Assembly (NCBI GenBank): GCA_030390025.1
Contig: CM059432.1
Coordinates: 22,694,001 to 22,758,000 of the forward strand
DNA: 64,000 bases
Source: Squalus acanthias
Lineage: Eukaryota
Direction: 5' to 3'
Of the stretch, positions 23,719 through 36,650 are shown in pieces. The notes beneath the pieces are model-generated. The model was not told the origin of the DNA, searched no databases, and saw nothing but the letters and a program-made list of their open reading frames with translations. Position 1 is the stretch's first letter. The number at the start of each line of letters is the position of its first letter. Both the position numbers and the translations under genes were made by a program.

Positions 23719-25728
23719 AGAACATAAGAACATAAGAAATAGGAGCAGGAATAGGCCACTTGGCCCCTCGAGCCTGCTCCGCCATTCAATAGGATCACGG
23801 ATGATCTTGGGCTCAAAGCCACTTCCCAGCCTGCTCCCCATAACCCTTCACTCCCTTATCTTGTAAAAATCTGTCTATCTCCACCTTAAATGTATTTAAT
23901 GACCCAGCCTCCACAGCTCTCTGGGGCAGAGAATTCCACAAATTTACGACCCTCTGAGAGAAGAAATTCCTCCTCATCTCAGTTCTAAAAGGGCGACCCT
24001 TTATTCTGAGACTGTGCCCCCGAGTTCTAGATTTCCCCACAAGGGGAAACATCCTCTCTGCATCTACCCTGTCGAGCCCACTCAGTATCTTATATGTTTC
24101 GATAAGATTACCTCTCATTCTGCTAAATTCCAATGAGTATAGGCCCAGCCTGCTCAACCTTTCCTCATAAGTCAAACCCCTCATCTCTGGAATTAACCTA
24201 GTGAATCGTCTCTGAACTGCCTCCAATGCAAGTATGTCTTTCCTTAAATAAGGAGACCAAAACTGTACGCAGTACTCAAGGTGTGGTCGCACCAATACCT
24301 TGTACAGTTGTAGCAGGACTTCCCTGCTTTTATACTCCAACCCCCTTGAAATAAAGGCCAACATTCCATTTGCCTTTTTGATTACTTGCTGTACCTGCAT
24401 GCTAACTTTTTGTGTTTCATGCACAAGGACCCCCAGGGCCCTCTGAACTGTAGCATTTTGTAATCTCTCGTCATTTAAATAATAGTTTGCTTTTTTATTT
24501 TTCCTGCCAAAGTGGATAACCTCGCACTTTCCCACATTATACTCCATCTGCCAAATGTTTGCCCACTCACCTAGCCTGTCTATATCCCTTTGCAGATTCT
24601 TTGAGTCCTCTGCACAACTTGCTTTCCCACCCATCTTTGTATCATCCGCAAACTTGGCTACATTACACTCGATCCCTTCATCCAAGTCATTAATGTAGAT
24701 TGTAAATAGTTGGGGCCCCAGCACCGATCCTTGTGGCACCCCACTAGTTACCGTTTGCCAACCAGAAAATGACCCATTTATCCTGATTCTCTGCTTTCTG
24801 TTAGTTAGCCAATTCTCTATCCATGCCAACTCCGTGAGCTCTTATCTTATGCAGTAACCCTTTATGTGGCACCTTATCGAATGCCTTCTGGAAATCCAAA
24901 TACACCACATCCACGGGCTCACTCTTGTCCACCCTGCTTGTTACATCCTCAAAGAACTCCAGCAAATTTGTTAAACATGATTTCCCTTTCATAAAACCAT
25001 GCTGACTCTGCTTGACTGCAGTATGTTTTTCTAATTGCCCTGCTGCTGCTTCCTTAATGAAGGACTCCAGCATTTGCCCAACGACAGATGTTAGGCTAAC
25101 TGGTCTATAGTTTCCTGCTTTCTGCCTCCCTCCTTACTTAAATAGGGGTGTTACATTAGCGGTTTTCCAATCCGCTGGGACCTCTCCAGAGTCCAGGGAA
25201 TTTTGGTATATTGCAACCAATGCATCCACTACCTCTGCAGCCACTTCTTTTAAGACCCTGGGATGCAGGCCATCTAGTCCAGGGGACTTGTCGTCTTTTA
25301 GTCCCATTATTTTACCGATTACTATTTCCTTAGTGATAGTGATTGTCTTTAGTTCCCCACTCCCTGTGGCCTCTTGATTATCCATTATTGGGATGTTGTC
25401 AGTGTCTTCTACAGTGAAGACAGATGCAAAATATTTGTTCAGAGTCTCTGCCATTTCACCGTTCCCCATTATTAATTCCCCAATCTCATCCTCTAAGGGA
25501 CCAACTTTTACTTTAGCTACCCTCTTCCTTTTTATATACCTGTAGAAGCTCTTACTATCTGTTTTAATGTTTCTTGCCAGCTTACTCTCATAATTCATCT
25601 TCTCTCTCTTTATTATTTTTTTAGTCATCCTTTGCTGGTTTTTAAAAATTTCCCAATCCTCTGGTCTCCCACCAATCTTGGCAACATTGTATGCCTTTGT
25701 TTTCAATTTGATACCATCCTTTACTTCC
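23719..25728 (-). mobile_element. CR1 LINE, 5'-truncated ORF2 (RT), few disruptions
   Basis: ORFs 25134-25706, 24801-25073 and 23813-24829 with KSPGLDGLHPR, DFQKAFDKVPH, KFADDTK, RPHLEYCVQFWSP; (TTCTTATG)n tail at 23719-23737. Confidence 0.95.
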
Positions 25729-26460
25729 TCAGGAGTTCCTCAGGACAGTGCCCTCGGCCCAACCATCTACAGCTGCTTCATCAATGACCTTCCCTCCATC
25801 AGAAGGTTAGAAGTAGGGATGTTCGCTGATGATTGCACAGTGTTCAGTTCCATTTGCAACTCCTCACATTGTCGAATCGCCCATCATCAACATCCTGGGG
25901 GGTCACCATTGACCAGAAACGTAACTGGACCAGCCACATAAATATAGCTATAAGAGCAGGTCAGAGGCTTGGTGTTCTGTGGCGAGTGACTCACCTTCTG
26001 AGTCCCCAAATTCTTCTTACCATCTACAAGGCACAGGTCAGGAGTGTGATGGAATACTCTCTACTTGCCTGGATGAGTGTCGCTCCAACAACACTCAAAA
26101 AGCTCGCCACCATCCAGGACAAAGATGCACTGCAGCAACTTGCCAAGACTTCTTCGACAGCACCTCCCAAACCCGCGTCGTCTACCACTTACAAGGACAA
26201 GGGCAGCAGGTACATGGGAACACAACCATCTCCAAGTTCCCCTCCAAGTCACACACCATCCTGACTGGGAAATATATCACCATTCCTTCATCGTCGCTGG
26301 GCCAAAATCTTAGAACTCCCTCTCTAATAGCACTGTGGGAGTACCTTCACCATACAGATTGCAGCGGTTCAAGAAGGTGGCTCACCACCATCTTCTCAAT
26401 TAGGGATGGGCAATAAATGCTGGCTTTGCCAGCGACGCCCACATCCCATGAAAGAATATA
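25729..26460 (+). mobile_element. RT/3' fragment of a non-CR1 LINE (probably the family of 13495-15115), with internal deletions
   Basis: GVPQDSALGPTIYSCFINDL, MFADDCT, IYKAQVRSVMEYS; tail gggcaataaatgctggctttgccagcgacgccca. Confidence 0.8.
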
Positions 26461-27351
26461 AGAAAACCTCCCAAGACGAATGTCACCCTCAGAGTGTCGA
26501 CACATCTGCTGGATGAATATCCGGGAGTACCCAGCAGAAATGACCTGGTGAGTAAATGCTCGGGTTTGATTCCCAGTCTGTATTGAGTTGGCTTGCCCAG
26601 AGTTGTACCCTTTGATGAGTAAGGGGTAAAACAAAAGGAAACTGAGCTACTTCTTTTCAGAACTCCCCAAGTCCCTTTCTTATGATTTTAGTGATGAAGG
26701 CAATTTCCTGATCCCTGCCAGTGCTGAGGGCAAAATAGCCTTCCACCCTTGTGACAGAAAAGAAAACTTGCTACATTAACTGTTCAAGGGCTAAAGGCTT
26801 TGATTCATTTACAGCTTTGTATTGGGTGAAATGTTTTTCTGGCCCATTAAGCTCCTTGGAACTGGTGACAATATAAAACAACAACAGTAGGCTCTGCACT
26901 ATCTACTTCCTCATGCTTACAAGGCTACATCTGTTTATAAGATTTCTAAATTGCACTCATCACAAAGAGTTGAAAAGGGTCACGTTACTTACTTAATGAC
27001 ATGCAGACAGAATTGACTGATTACTGCTTTTGTTTAAAGTACAGTACTTATTTATACATTATTCCACTAATGCATGGATGAATCAGTTGGTGTTAATTAG
27101 AGTATATGAGCAATAAATTTCCGAGTTTGCTTTCTTCAGCTGAATATTGCTGTTAATTGAGGAATACTATACCTTCATTTAACCACTGTTTCTGATTTAT
27201 TTTATCTTCCCTCCCATTGTTTTCAACCTTGATGTAATGGGGCCTTAGTCCTTCACCTAAGTTTCTCAATAATGAATAAAATAGTACCCAATCACCAACT
27301 TCTTCAACAGCACCTCCCAAACCTCTACCACCTAGAAGGACAAGAATCATA

Positions 27352-28175
27352 GGGGGAAAAATTCAGTTGGTTGTGCCTCCCGTTAGCGCCTTAAGAGGGC
27401 GCTAATGGGGCGCAAAGCATCTAGCGCCCAGGCGCGGCGAAGTTTGCGCCACTCGCAAAATTAACGAGACATTTTGCGGCGGCGCTAAACACTACCGCCA
27501 CGATCACCTGCGCCGGCAGATCGTGATGTCAGTCGAGTGCGCAACGCCCCGGTATCGCCCCGGAGCGGATATTGAGTGGCGCCCCCTGCCTTACCGCCTG
27601 ACGCTAGCAACGACAGTTTGAGTGGAGCGTTCTGCAGTCATGAAGGGAAAGGGGGAGCGCTATTTAAAGGTGACCGCTTCCTGCCTTTTATTGTTGGTGC
27701 CATTTTTGAACTACGCATTCTGAGAGAGAGAGAGAGAGAGACTTCTGGGGAGTTTCAACGTTGTGTGAAGGAGTTTTGGGTACTGAGCAGCACTTTGCAG
27801 GTTCATTTTGATTTGCCATTCCTTGTATCGATTTAGAAGAGACTGTGGGGGCTGCACTCTGAGCTCTTTGCCTGGTACTCTCCATTGTTCTTTCCAGCAG
27901 ATTTGATGTGCAGGTCTCTCCAGGCCGAGATTCAAGGCTGCAATTAGCAGGATGTGGATGGAAAGTGAGATTAACCATCCCCTTTAAGAACTGGCCCGTG
28001 TCATTGTGTGTGTGCTCCTCGGCCTTTGCGCCTTAAGACAGGTGTGAAGCGCCTGATTTAGCGCTCCAATCACCTCCAGGGGCGATAAAAATCAAGTTTG
28101 CAGTCGGTGGCGATAATTAGTGCCAGGCGCTAATCTTTGCGCCCGGCCGATAATTGCGCCCCAAATGGGGCGATA
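27352..28175 (-). mobile_element. Harbinger-type non-autonomous element (inverted copy of 44571-45463), one end lost
   Basis: Terminus gggggaaaaattcagttgg is the reverse complement of 45440-45463. Near-identical body. Confidence 0.8.
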
Positions 28176-28176
28176 C

Positions 28177-30200
28177 TGTTATACAGCACAGAAAGAGGCC
28201 CTTCGGCCCATCGTCTCCGTGCCGGCCATCAAGCCCTGTCTATTCTAATCCCATTTTCCAGCACTTGGTCCATAGCCTTGTATGCTATGGCATTTCAAGT
28301 GCTCATCTAAATGCTTCTTGAATGTTGTGAGGGTTCCTGCCTCTACCACCCTTTCAGGCAGTGAGTTCCAGATTCCAACCACCCTTTGGGTGAAATTTTT
28401 TTTCCTCAAATCCCCTCTAAACCTCCTGCCCCTTACCTTGAAACTATGCCCCCTGGCTATTGACACCTCTACTAAGGGGAAAAGTTCCTTTCTATCTACC
28501 CTATCTATGCCCCTCATAATTTTGTACACCTCAATCAGGTCCCCCCTCAGCCTTCTCTGCTCTAAGGAAAACAACCCCAGCCTGTCCAGTCTCTCTTCAT
28601 AGCTGAAGCGCTCCAGCCCAGGTAACATCCTGGTGAATCTCCTCTGCACCCTCTCCAATGCAATCACATCCTTCCTATAGTGTGGCGACCAGAACTGCAC
28701 ACAGTATTCCAGCTGTGGCCTAACTAGAATTTTGTACAGCTCCATCATAACCTCCCTGCTCTTATATTCTATACCTCGGCTAATGAAGGCAAGTATCCCA
28801 TATGCCTTTTTAACCACCTTATCTACCTGTCCTGCTGCCTTCAGGGATCTATGTACATGCACACCAAGGTCCCTCTGATCCTCTGTCCTTCCTTGGGTCC
28901 TACCATTCATTGTGTATTCCCTTGCCTTGTTAGTCCTCCCAAAATGCATCACCTCACACTTTTCAGGGTTAACTTCCATTTGCCACTGTTCTGCCCATCT
29001 AACCAACCCGTCTATATCGTCCTGTAGCCTGAGGCTTCCCTCCTCGCTATTTACCACTCCACCAATTTTCATGTCATCTGCGAACTTACTGATCATACCT
29101 CCTACATTCATATCTAACTCATTAATGTACACTACAAACAGCAAAGGACCCAGCACCGATCCCTGTGGTACACCACTGGACACAGGCTTCCAGTCACAAA
29201 AACAACCTTCGACCATCACCCTCTGCCTCCTGCCACTAAGCCAATTCTGGATCCAATGTGCCAAATTGCCCTGGATCCCATGGGCTCTTACCTTCTTGAC
29301 CAGTCTCCCATGTGGGACTTTGTCAAAAGCCTTACTGAAGTCCATGTAGACTACATCAACTGCACTACCCTCATCCACACACCTAGTCACCCCCTTGAAA
29401 AATTCAATCAAATTGGTTAGACATGACCTCCCCCTGACAAAGCCATGCTGACTATCCTTGCCTCTCCAAGTGGAGACTAATTCTGTCCCTCAGAATTTTT
29501 TCCAATAATTTCCCTACCACTGATGTTAGGCTCACTGGCCTGTAATTCCTTTGTTTATCCCTACTACCCTTCTTGAATAATGGTACTACGTTAGCTGTTC
29601 TCCAGTCCTCTGGCACCTCCCCTGTGACCAGAGAGGTTCTGAAAATTTGTGTCAGAGCCCCTGCAATCTCCTCCCTTGCCTCACACAGCAGCCTGGGATA
29701 CATCTCGTCAGGGCCTGGGGATTTATCCACTTTGAAGCCCACTAAAACCTCACCTACATTTTCCGGCTCTACACACAGATTGCCACTTTGGTCCCTAATG
29801 GGCCCTACTCTTTCCCTGGTTATCCGCTTGCCCTTAATATACTTATAAAACACCTTGGGATTTTCCTTTATTTTGCCCATCAGTGTTTTTTCAAGCCCCC
29901 TCTTCGCTCTCCTAATTTCTTTTTTAAGTACCCCCCTGCACTTTCTATACTCCTCTTGGGCTTCCACTGTTTTTAGTCCTTTGTATCTGCCAAAAGCCTC
30001 CCTTTTTTTCCTAATCCATTCTTGTATATCCCTTGACATCCAGGGTTCCCTGGGTTTGTTGGTCCCACCCTTGACCTTTACGGGAACATGTTGGCGTTGT
30101 ACTCTCTCTATTTCCTTTCTGAAAGACTCCCACTGCTCTGATGTGGATTTTCCTCCAAGTAGCTGATTCCAGTCCACTTTGGCCAGATCCTGCCTTATCA
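28177..30200 (-). mobile_element. CR1 LINE ORF2, 5'-truncated, with deletions
   Basis: 388-aa ORF 28245-29411 (MDFSKAFDKVPHGRL, KFADDMK, RPQLEYCVQFWSP) and upstream KSPGPDEMYPR/NYRPVSLTS; tail remnant aatcatag at 27345-52. Confidence 0.95.
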
Positions 30201-30212
30201 TATTAAATATTA

Positions 30213-30440
30213 AAAGGGCAGCAGGTGCATGGGAACACCACCAGGTTCCCCTCCAAGTCACACACACATTGTCATCATTGTTGCTGGGCCAAAATCCAGG
30301 AACTCCCTACCTAACAGTACTGTGGGAATACCTTTATCATATGGACTATATTGATTCAAGAAGTTGGCTCAAGGGCAACTAGGGGTGGGCAATAAATGCT
30401 GCCCTTGCCAGCAATACTCACATCCTGAAAATGAATTAAA
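30213..30440 (+). mobile_element. 3' end of the non-CR1 LINE family (continuation of 27295-27344)
   Basis: cctagaaggacaag (27331-44) joins ggcagcaggtgcatgggaacacc (30217) as in 26190-26225. Confidence 0.7.
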
Positions 30441-31317
30441 GAAAGCTGAGTACTGCATTCCTTGACAGATCAATCTTAAAGGGGAAAAATAGATGACTAA
30501 ATAACGGGTGTAGCATTACAATTAGGCCTCCAGCAGTGTGATGCATGCAGCCTTTTTGGTTTTGTGGGGGCAATACAGAGAGCACCAGATGTACGCACAG
30601 TGGTAATGTCATGGAGCCCTTTGTGAGGTGATGTCTAGTGTTCTGAAGTTAGTCTGTTCCTTGTTTTTGTGTTTGAGAGGATGGTTAGGAGTCAGTTTGC
30701 AACAGGAGACAGAGTTCCTTCTATGATTCCTTACTGTGCCATTGCCTCCTTAAGCAGATCTCTTCTGAAACATCATCAAGGCAGCAGTGTCTATATAGAC
30801 TCTAGTGGAAGGATACCTCCTAACTGACCTTTTCCTTTAGTGTAGCCTTATCCAGCATGTCTCTGTTATTCCTTCCTCTTGCTTCTGTTCTTTCTCCATC
30901 CCGAGGACATATGTGGGAATGCCCAAAGTGAAGCCCATGGTAAGGGCTCCATGACAGAAGGGTGGGAAGAAAATATTTTCCCTGTCTGACACTGCACAGC
31001 TGATAAAAGATATTTTTAATCGCTTCAGTCAAAGCTGATGTGGCAGACCAAGTTTGTGTACATTCAAAGCCTATGCCCTCAACCACTTCCTGGTTTGACG
31101 TGTCATGCTTACTCCTCATTTCTGCAAGCTTAACTTAAGTCAGCTGCAATTCTAGTGTAAATGGTGGAATTTCATGGGCTTCTAGGTTTTGCCCTCATTA
31201 TCCTGTTATTTGCACACTTGGCATCACTTTAAAGGCGGACACATCTTCTGCAATCAGTTAGTTCTATCGGAATTTAACCTGACCTATCTGACTTGCACCT
31301 AAATTCTAGTCTCCCAT

Positions 31318-31640
31318 CCGTCTTTCGGATGAGACGTTAAACCAAGGCCCCATCTGCTCTCTCAGGTGGACGTAAAAGATCCCAAGGCACTATTTCGAAG
31401 AAGAGCAGGGGAGTTCTCCCCGGTGTCCTGGCCAATATTATGCCCTCAATCAGCATAACAAAACAAATTATCTGGTCATTATCGCATTGCTGTCTGTGGG
31501 AGCTTGCTGTGCACAAATTGGCTGCCGCGTTTCCCACATTACAAAGTGACTACACTCCAAAAGTACTTCATTGGCTCTAAAGTGCTTTGAGACATCCGGT
31601 GGTCATGAAAGGTGCTATATAAATGTAAGTCTTTCTTTAA
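31318..31640 (+). mobile_element. Deu-domain SINE, 5'-truncated
   Basis: ccgtctttcggatgagacgttaaacc core and tail. Confidence 0.85.
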
Positions 31641-31927
31641 ATCTTTTTTTTATACCAGAACTTTATTTAAACTTTCCTAGGTTATTTTCTGTATTTTTGC
31701 CTCTTCCAGGAGATTACAAGGCTGCTGGGGGTAGGAAGTGTCTCGACATGATACTCCATGCATCGTACTATAACTTGCCCAAACAGCTAGCTAAAGAAAG
31801 GGCTCCCGGTCACTACCCAGACACCTTTGTTGAAAAGTTGTATCTGTATATGCAGGTGAGATCAGGATTGTGTTTAGCTGTGATGCCACTCACCATTAAA
31901 TGGCCTGCTGATAAAGAAATAATTGAA

Positions 31928-32060
31928 GACAAAAGCAAACTACTGCGGATGCTGGAAATCTGAAATAAAAACAGAAAATGCTGGAAATACTCAGCAGGCC
32001 AGGCAGCATCTGTGGAGAGAGAAACAGAGTTAACGTTTCAGGTCGATGACCTTTCTTCAA
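31928..32060 (-). mobile_element. Penelope terminal fragment with damaged hammerhead core
   Basis: Reverse complement reads ttgaagaaaggtcatcgacctgaaacgttaactctg... Confidence 0.8.
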
Positions 32061-32067
32061 AATAATT

Positions 32068-32595
32068 AAAGACTTGCCTTTCACAACTTCAGGATGTCCC
32101 AAAGTGCTTTACAACCAATGAAGTACTATTGAAGTGTAGCCACTGTTGTCATTTAGCAAAGCAGCAGCCAACTTGCACACAGCAAGCTCCCACATAGAGC
32201 AATGAAATAAATCATCTGTTTTCGGTGTTGGTTGAGGGATACATTTTGGCCAGGACACCAGGAGAACTGCCCTGTTCTTCCGTTGGATAGTCCATATGTA
32301 TCTTTTAGATTCACCTGAGAGAGTCGATCTCTCTCAGGTGAAGACCCACAACCTCTCTGAAAAAGCTGCACCAACATCTCTCTGTAGAATCGATTTATTC
32401 TATTGATTTTAATCAGTGTCTTTGTAGATTTGGCTTAATGTCTCATCTGAAATACGGCACCTCTGATAGGGCAGCACTCTCGTGGTACTGGAGTGGCAGC
32501 CGAGATTATGTGCTCAAGTCTCTGGAGTGGGACTTGAACCCACAACTTTCTGATGCAGAGGCGAGAGTGCTGCCACTGAGGCACAGCTGACACTT
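32068..32595 (-). mobile_element. Deu-domain SINE, decayed, with ~100-bp internal insert
   Basis: Reverse complement of head (gggacttgaacccacaac) and tail. Confidence 0.75.
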
Positions 32596-32759
32596 AGCTT
32601 ATGATACTGATACTCTGTCAAGGTTAAGATGTGAGGAACGGGCTGCTAGGGTGAGCTATCTGAGGCTGCCAGGACCCGTGATACTGGATATGAGATGAAG
32701 AAGGGAGTTTAACTGAAAGGAATTTAGATTCTGTAGCATGAAATATTCATTTTAATGTA

Positions 32760-33172
32760 CAGGAAACTTTCGTTTATCCGGCACCCAAATATCCGGAATT
32801 CTCGCTTAACCGGCAAAAATCATCCTCCGAAAACTCCTCTCAAATAACCGGCAATGTTGCCGAGTCGCAGTCGAGTCTCCGCGAATGCCGAGTGCTCCGA
32901 AAAATCCTCTCAAATAACCGGCAATGTTGCCGATCCCGAGTCCGAGTCCGAGAACGCCGATTTAGTCAGTAGGGGTACTTTTCAAAAGTGCCACTACTCG
33001 GCCTCCTGGCGCAAGTCCGAAACATTGCAGTAGCAGGAGTAGATTCTCCTGTGCTGCTTGGAGTCTCTTTGTTAAAAATAGACTCGGTAGATATAACTCT
33101 CTGTTATCCGGTACTTTCGATAAACCGGCACCACGCCGGTCCCGTCGATGCCGGATAAACAAAAGTTTCCTG
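32760..33172 (+). mobile_element. Non-autonomous 413-bp deletion derivative (MITE) of the Tigger at 3235-6104
   Basis: TA at 32758-59 and 33173-74. Same TIRs. Left part matches 3235-3556, right part matches 6001-6104. Confidence 0.97.
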
Positions 33173-34189
33173 TATTGCAGTATGGCAGAATATGAAGAAA
33201 TTGACAGACAAACACAACGCACAAAGTTATTTGTAGTTGGAGAACCCAATGGAAATCAACGAATACAGCAATATTTTTTAAACACATTCGGTAGTGAATT
33301 CTGAAATCAGACGCTGAACTTTGGTGGATCAGTAAGTAAGCAGCTGCAAATAGCAGATAGCAGACGAGGATTTAGGAATAAATAGGCAGCAAAGGTAACC
33401 AGCCAAAAGCAAAGAGATATGTTAAATAAGATTTTAGAAAAGACTTTCAAACCCACAGCAAGGTTTCCCAGGAAAAGCTAACTCCTCAATTTGTTGGTGC
33501 TGTGATTGTAAAGAAAATTGTCATTGGGAATGATTTCAGCCTAACTGCGTTTTTTAAGACCATAAGAAGAAGCCAAGGATGAGAAAAGACTAGTTGGCCT
33601 ATTGAGTTGCTCCTTTTAATATTTCAACTCACCCGGGCTAATATCCAACCACATCCTGAACTCCCCAAACATTATTAATTTCATTATCTTACCTGGAGGA
33701 TCATCCTAAGCACCTAGCATCCTTTGAGTAAAGACACTGGGGTTAAATTTCCGCCAGGGTTCTCCCGATCGTCTACCGTAACTTTGGCCCGAAGATCCGC
33801 AGAAATCCTGGAGAAATGGTCATTACGTTGTTTCTCGGGGGTTTCCGTGGAACTTCTGTCTAAATTATGGCAGATGGTGGGGGATTCCCCATTGAAATCC
33901 AAGCTCATATTTTTTATGATCTGTTGTAAATTTACATTCCACTAGTTCCACTAATTTAAATTTGTATCCTCTTGTTCTACTGGCCTGACTGACACCAAAA
34001 TAATATTCTGAGTTTACCTCATTCATGCCCTTTCAAGTTGTAATGTTGCCCCTTAACCACCCGTTCTCTGGACTGTGCAGCTTACATTTCTCCAATATTT
34101 CTAAGAATATCGCTGCAGATTTATCCTCCACTGTTCAGACTGTATATCTCAACACTTTGTTTGATATTTCTAAATTGTCATATTGCTTT

Positions 34190-35738
34190 TGGCATCGAAA
34201 GTGACAAGTCTACTGTCAGTTGAAGTAGGACTGGGAATTTAATATTTCAGGTTATAACATTTTGAAGGGAAATACAAAGGGAGTGGGGGCAGTATTAGGA
34301 AAGGATTCTACCATCACATTAAAATGTAAGGATGTTCTAGGAGGTTGCACTTAGACAGAGTCCAGGTGGGTAGAGTTAAGAAATAGGGAGGAAAATGGTA
34401 CAATACTTGGTGTGGATTGCAGGCCAGCAAGATGAGATAAAGATGGAGAAATCTACACAGTTTAAAAAAGGAGATGCATAAGAATAGGACAATAATATTG
34501 GGTGATTTTTAACTATCCCAAGATAGACTGGAATAAAGGGAACGCATGTGGTCAAAATGGGGAAACATTTTTTTGGATTCATCCAAAACTGCTTCCTCTG
34601 TTATGTTTCTAGTACATTAAGAAAAGAAGCATTGTTTGATTTGATCCTGGAAAATCAAATGGGGCAAATAACTGATATGAGATTAGGAGAACAATTGGGG
34701 AACAAAACAACCATAACAGAGCTAGTTGAAATGTGAAAATAGAAAAGGATAATGAAGAGCCATAGATAACAGTGGTAGAATGGGGAAATGAAAAAGGATC
34801 TGGTCCAAATTAACTGGGCAGAAAAATTAGCAAGCAGGAAACAGATAATCTTCACCTGTGAGATAGATAGAGTACAAAATAAATATATTCCTACAAGGTG
34901 AAAAGGGTGTGTATCAAAGATTATAAAGTTCCTGAGATAAATAGAGAGATTAAAACTAGCCTGAAGCTTAAAACAGAGGCATATGATAAAACAAGGGCTA
35001 ACAATGCTGAAACAATCACAAGGAATATAGAAAGTGTCATAGAGAATGAAAAAGGAAATTAGATCGGTTAAAAGGGAATATGAAAAACGTCTATGGATAA
35101 TATAAGAAGAAATAGTACGTGTGTTTAGAAGCAAATAGAAAGCAAAAGAATAATTAAAGGTAAGGTGCGATGAAGGGAAAAATCTACTTGTGGAGATTAA
35201 AGTCATGGCAGAGATATAAATACATATTTTGTGTCAGTGTTTACCAATGATGGAGAAAGCAAGAATGTAGATAAAAATGTGGAAAGATTGCTCGAGATAA
35301 ATATAGAAAAGGATTTATTTCTAAAAAAGAGCAGAGTTCAAAAGTGGATAAATCACTGGGTCCTAATGAGGTGCATCTTAGGCTGTTGAAAGAAGTCAAG
35401 GGGTTAATAAAGGCTCTCACCACAAATAATCAATACTTCTTAGATATTCAAAGTTGTGCCAGGAATTGGAGGGTAGCTAATTTAATACTTCTGTTCAAGA
35501 ACGGAGTGTAAAATAAACCAAGTAACTATAGACTAGTTAATCTAACATCAGTTGTGAGCAAATTCTTAAAATCCTTAATTCAAGATAAAATTAATGAGTA
35601 TTTAGAAATGCATGGGATAACCAAGGAGAGTCAGCATTGATTTTTTAAAGACGTGACATGTTTTGACAAATTTAATAAGTGTTTTTTTTTGAAGAAGTGA
35701 CTGATTGATTGTAAAGACAAAGAGAATGCAGTAGATCT
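34190..35738 (+). mobile_element. Heavily decayed CR1 ORF2 (endonuclease to start of RT)
   Basis: Remnants GDFNYP.IDW, ALFDLILEN, DKSLGPNEVHLRLLKE, KPSNYRLVNLTSVV, SQH.F. Confidence 0.8.
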
Positions 35739-35739
35739 A

Positions 35740-36650
35740 GGGGGTGAAATTCGGTAAGGCCTGAAAACGGGCGCAGGTACCGTGATGCGAGATATTCCCG
35801 CGTCCATTTAGAAAGCGCGGGCAGCACATCAGTTTGGTGCTGCCTGCTAATTACCATGATAGGAGCGCACAGCCTAGCGACTAATACACTGCTGACATGC
35901 TGTGCGCTCAGCAGGGGGCCCAAGTTTGTGTTGCTGGAGCGAGGCTGGCTTTACTTAAAGCTAGCCTGCTCCTTTTCAAGGCAGTCTCTAGCTTTTAAAG
36001 CTGAACTGCCTTCTGACAAAAAAAAATCATTCAGCACTAGGTAGTCTGCAGCTCTGAAAGCTGAACTGCCTTCTGCACGTAAAAAATGCTAAAAGTGCTT
36101 CAGCACTAACACAAATGGCTCAATTGACCAGGGAAAGGGCACCCAGGGTGTCAGACACAGCAGTCCAGCTTTGTGCAGAGGGTCAACACTGGAAGAGAGG
36201 TGCTCTACCTACAGGGGCCAGGAGGCCCTCCAGAAAGAAGGATGTGGGACCAGATCGCTGAGGTGGTCACTGCCAGCAGTGTCGCTCCCAGGACCTGGCA
36301 CCAATGCCCAAAGAATTTTCATGAACTCAAAAGAGTGCTAAAGGTCAGTGAATGCACCTTCACAAGCCGTCTCCTACCAACAGCACCACTAGCCTTACAC
36401 ACTGCTCAATGCATGACCTCCCCCCCATGACTCACCTACCAAAAATCTCTATCAAACACAAGGCACATCTCACATTCCTAGCTTCACCTCACCCCCTTGG
36501 AGGAGATGGTGCTGGCAATTCTTGGCAGGAGCATGGCTGAGCCATTGGCCAGCGGCAAAGCTGAAAGAATACAAAATGCTGGTATCCATGTACGTTATCC
36601 TTCTTCTCACATCCCACTTCCCCCTCATCCCACAATCTCTGCAGTTTGTT
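35740..36650 (+). mobile_element. Harbinger left end with decayed Myb/SANT exon 1
   Basis: Terminus gggggtgaaattcgg; REVLY..MWDQIAEVV..PRTWHQCPKNFHELKRVLK followed by a gtcagt donor. Confidence 0.75.
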
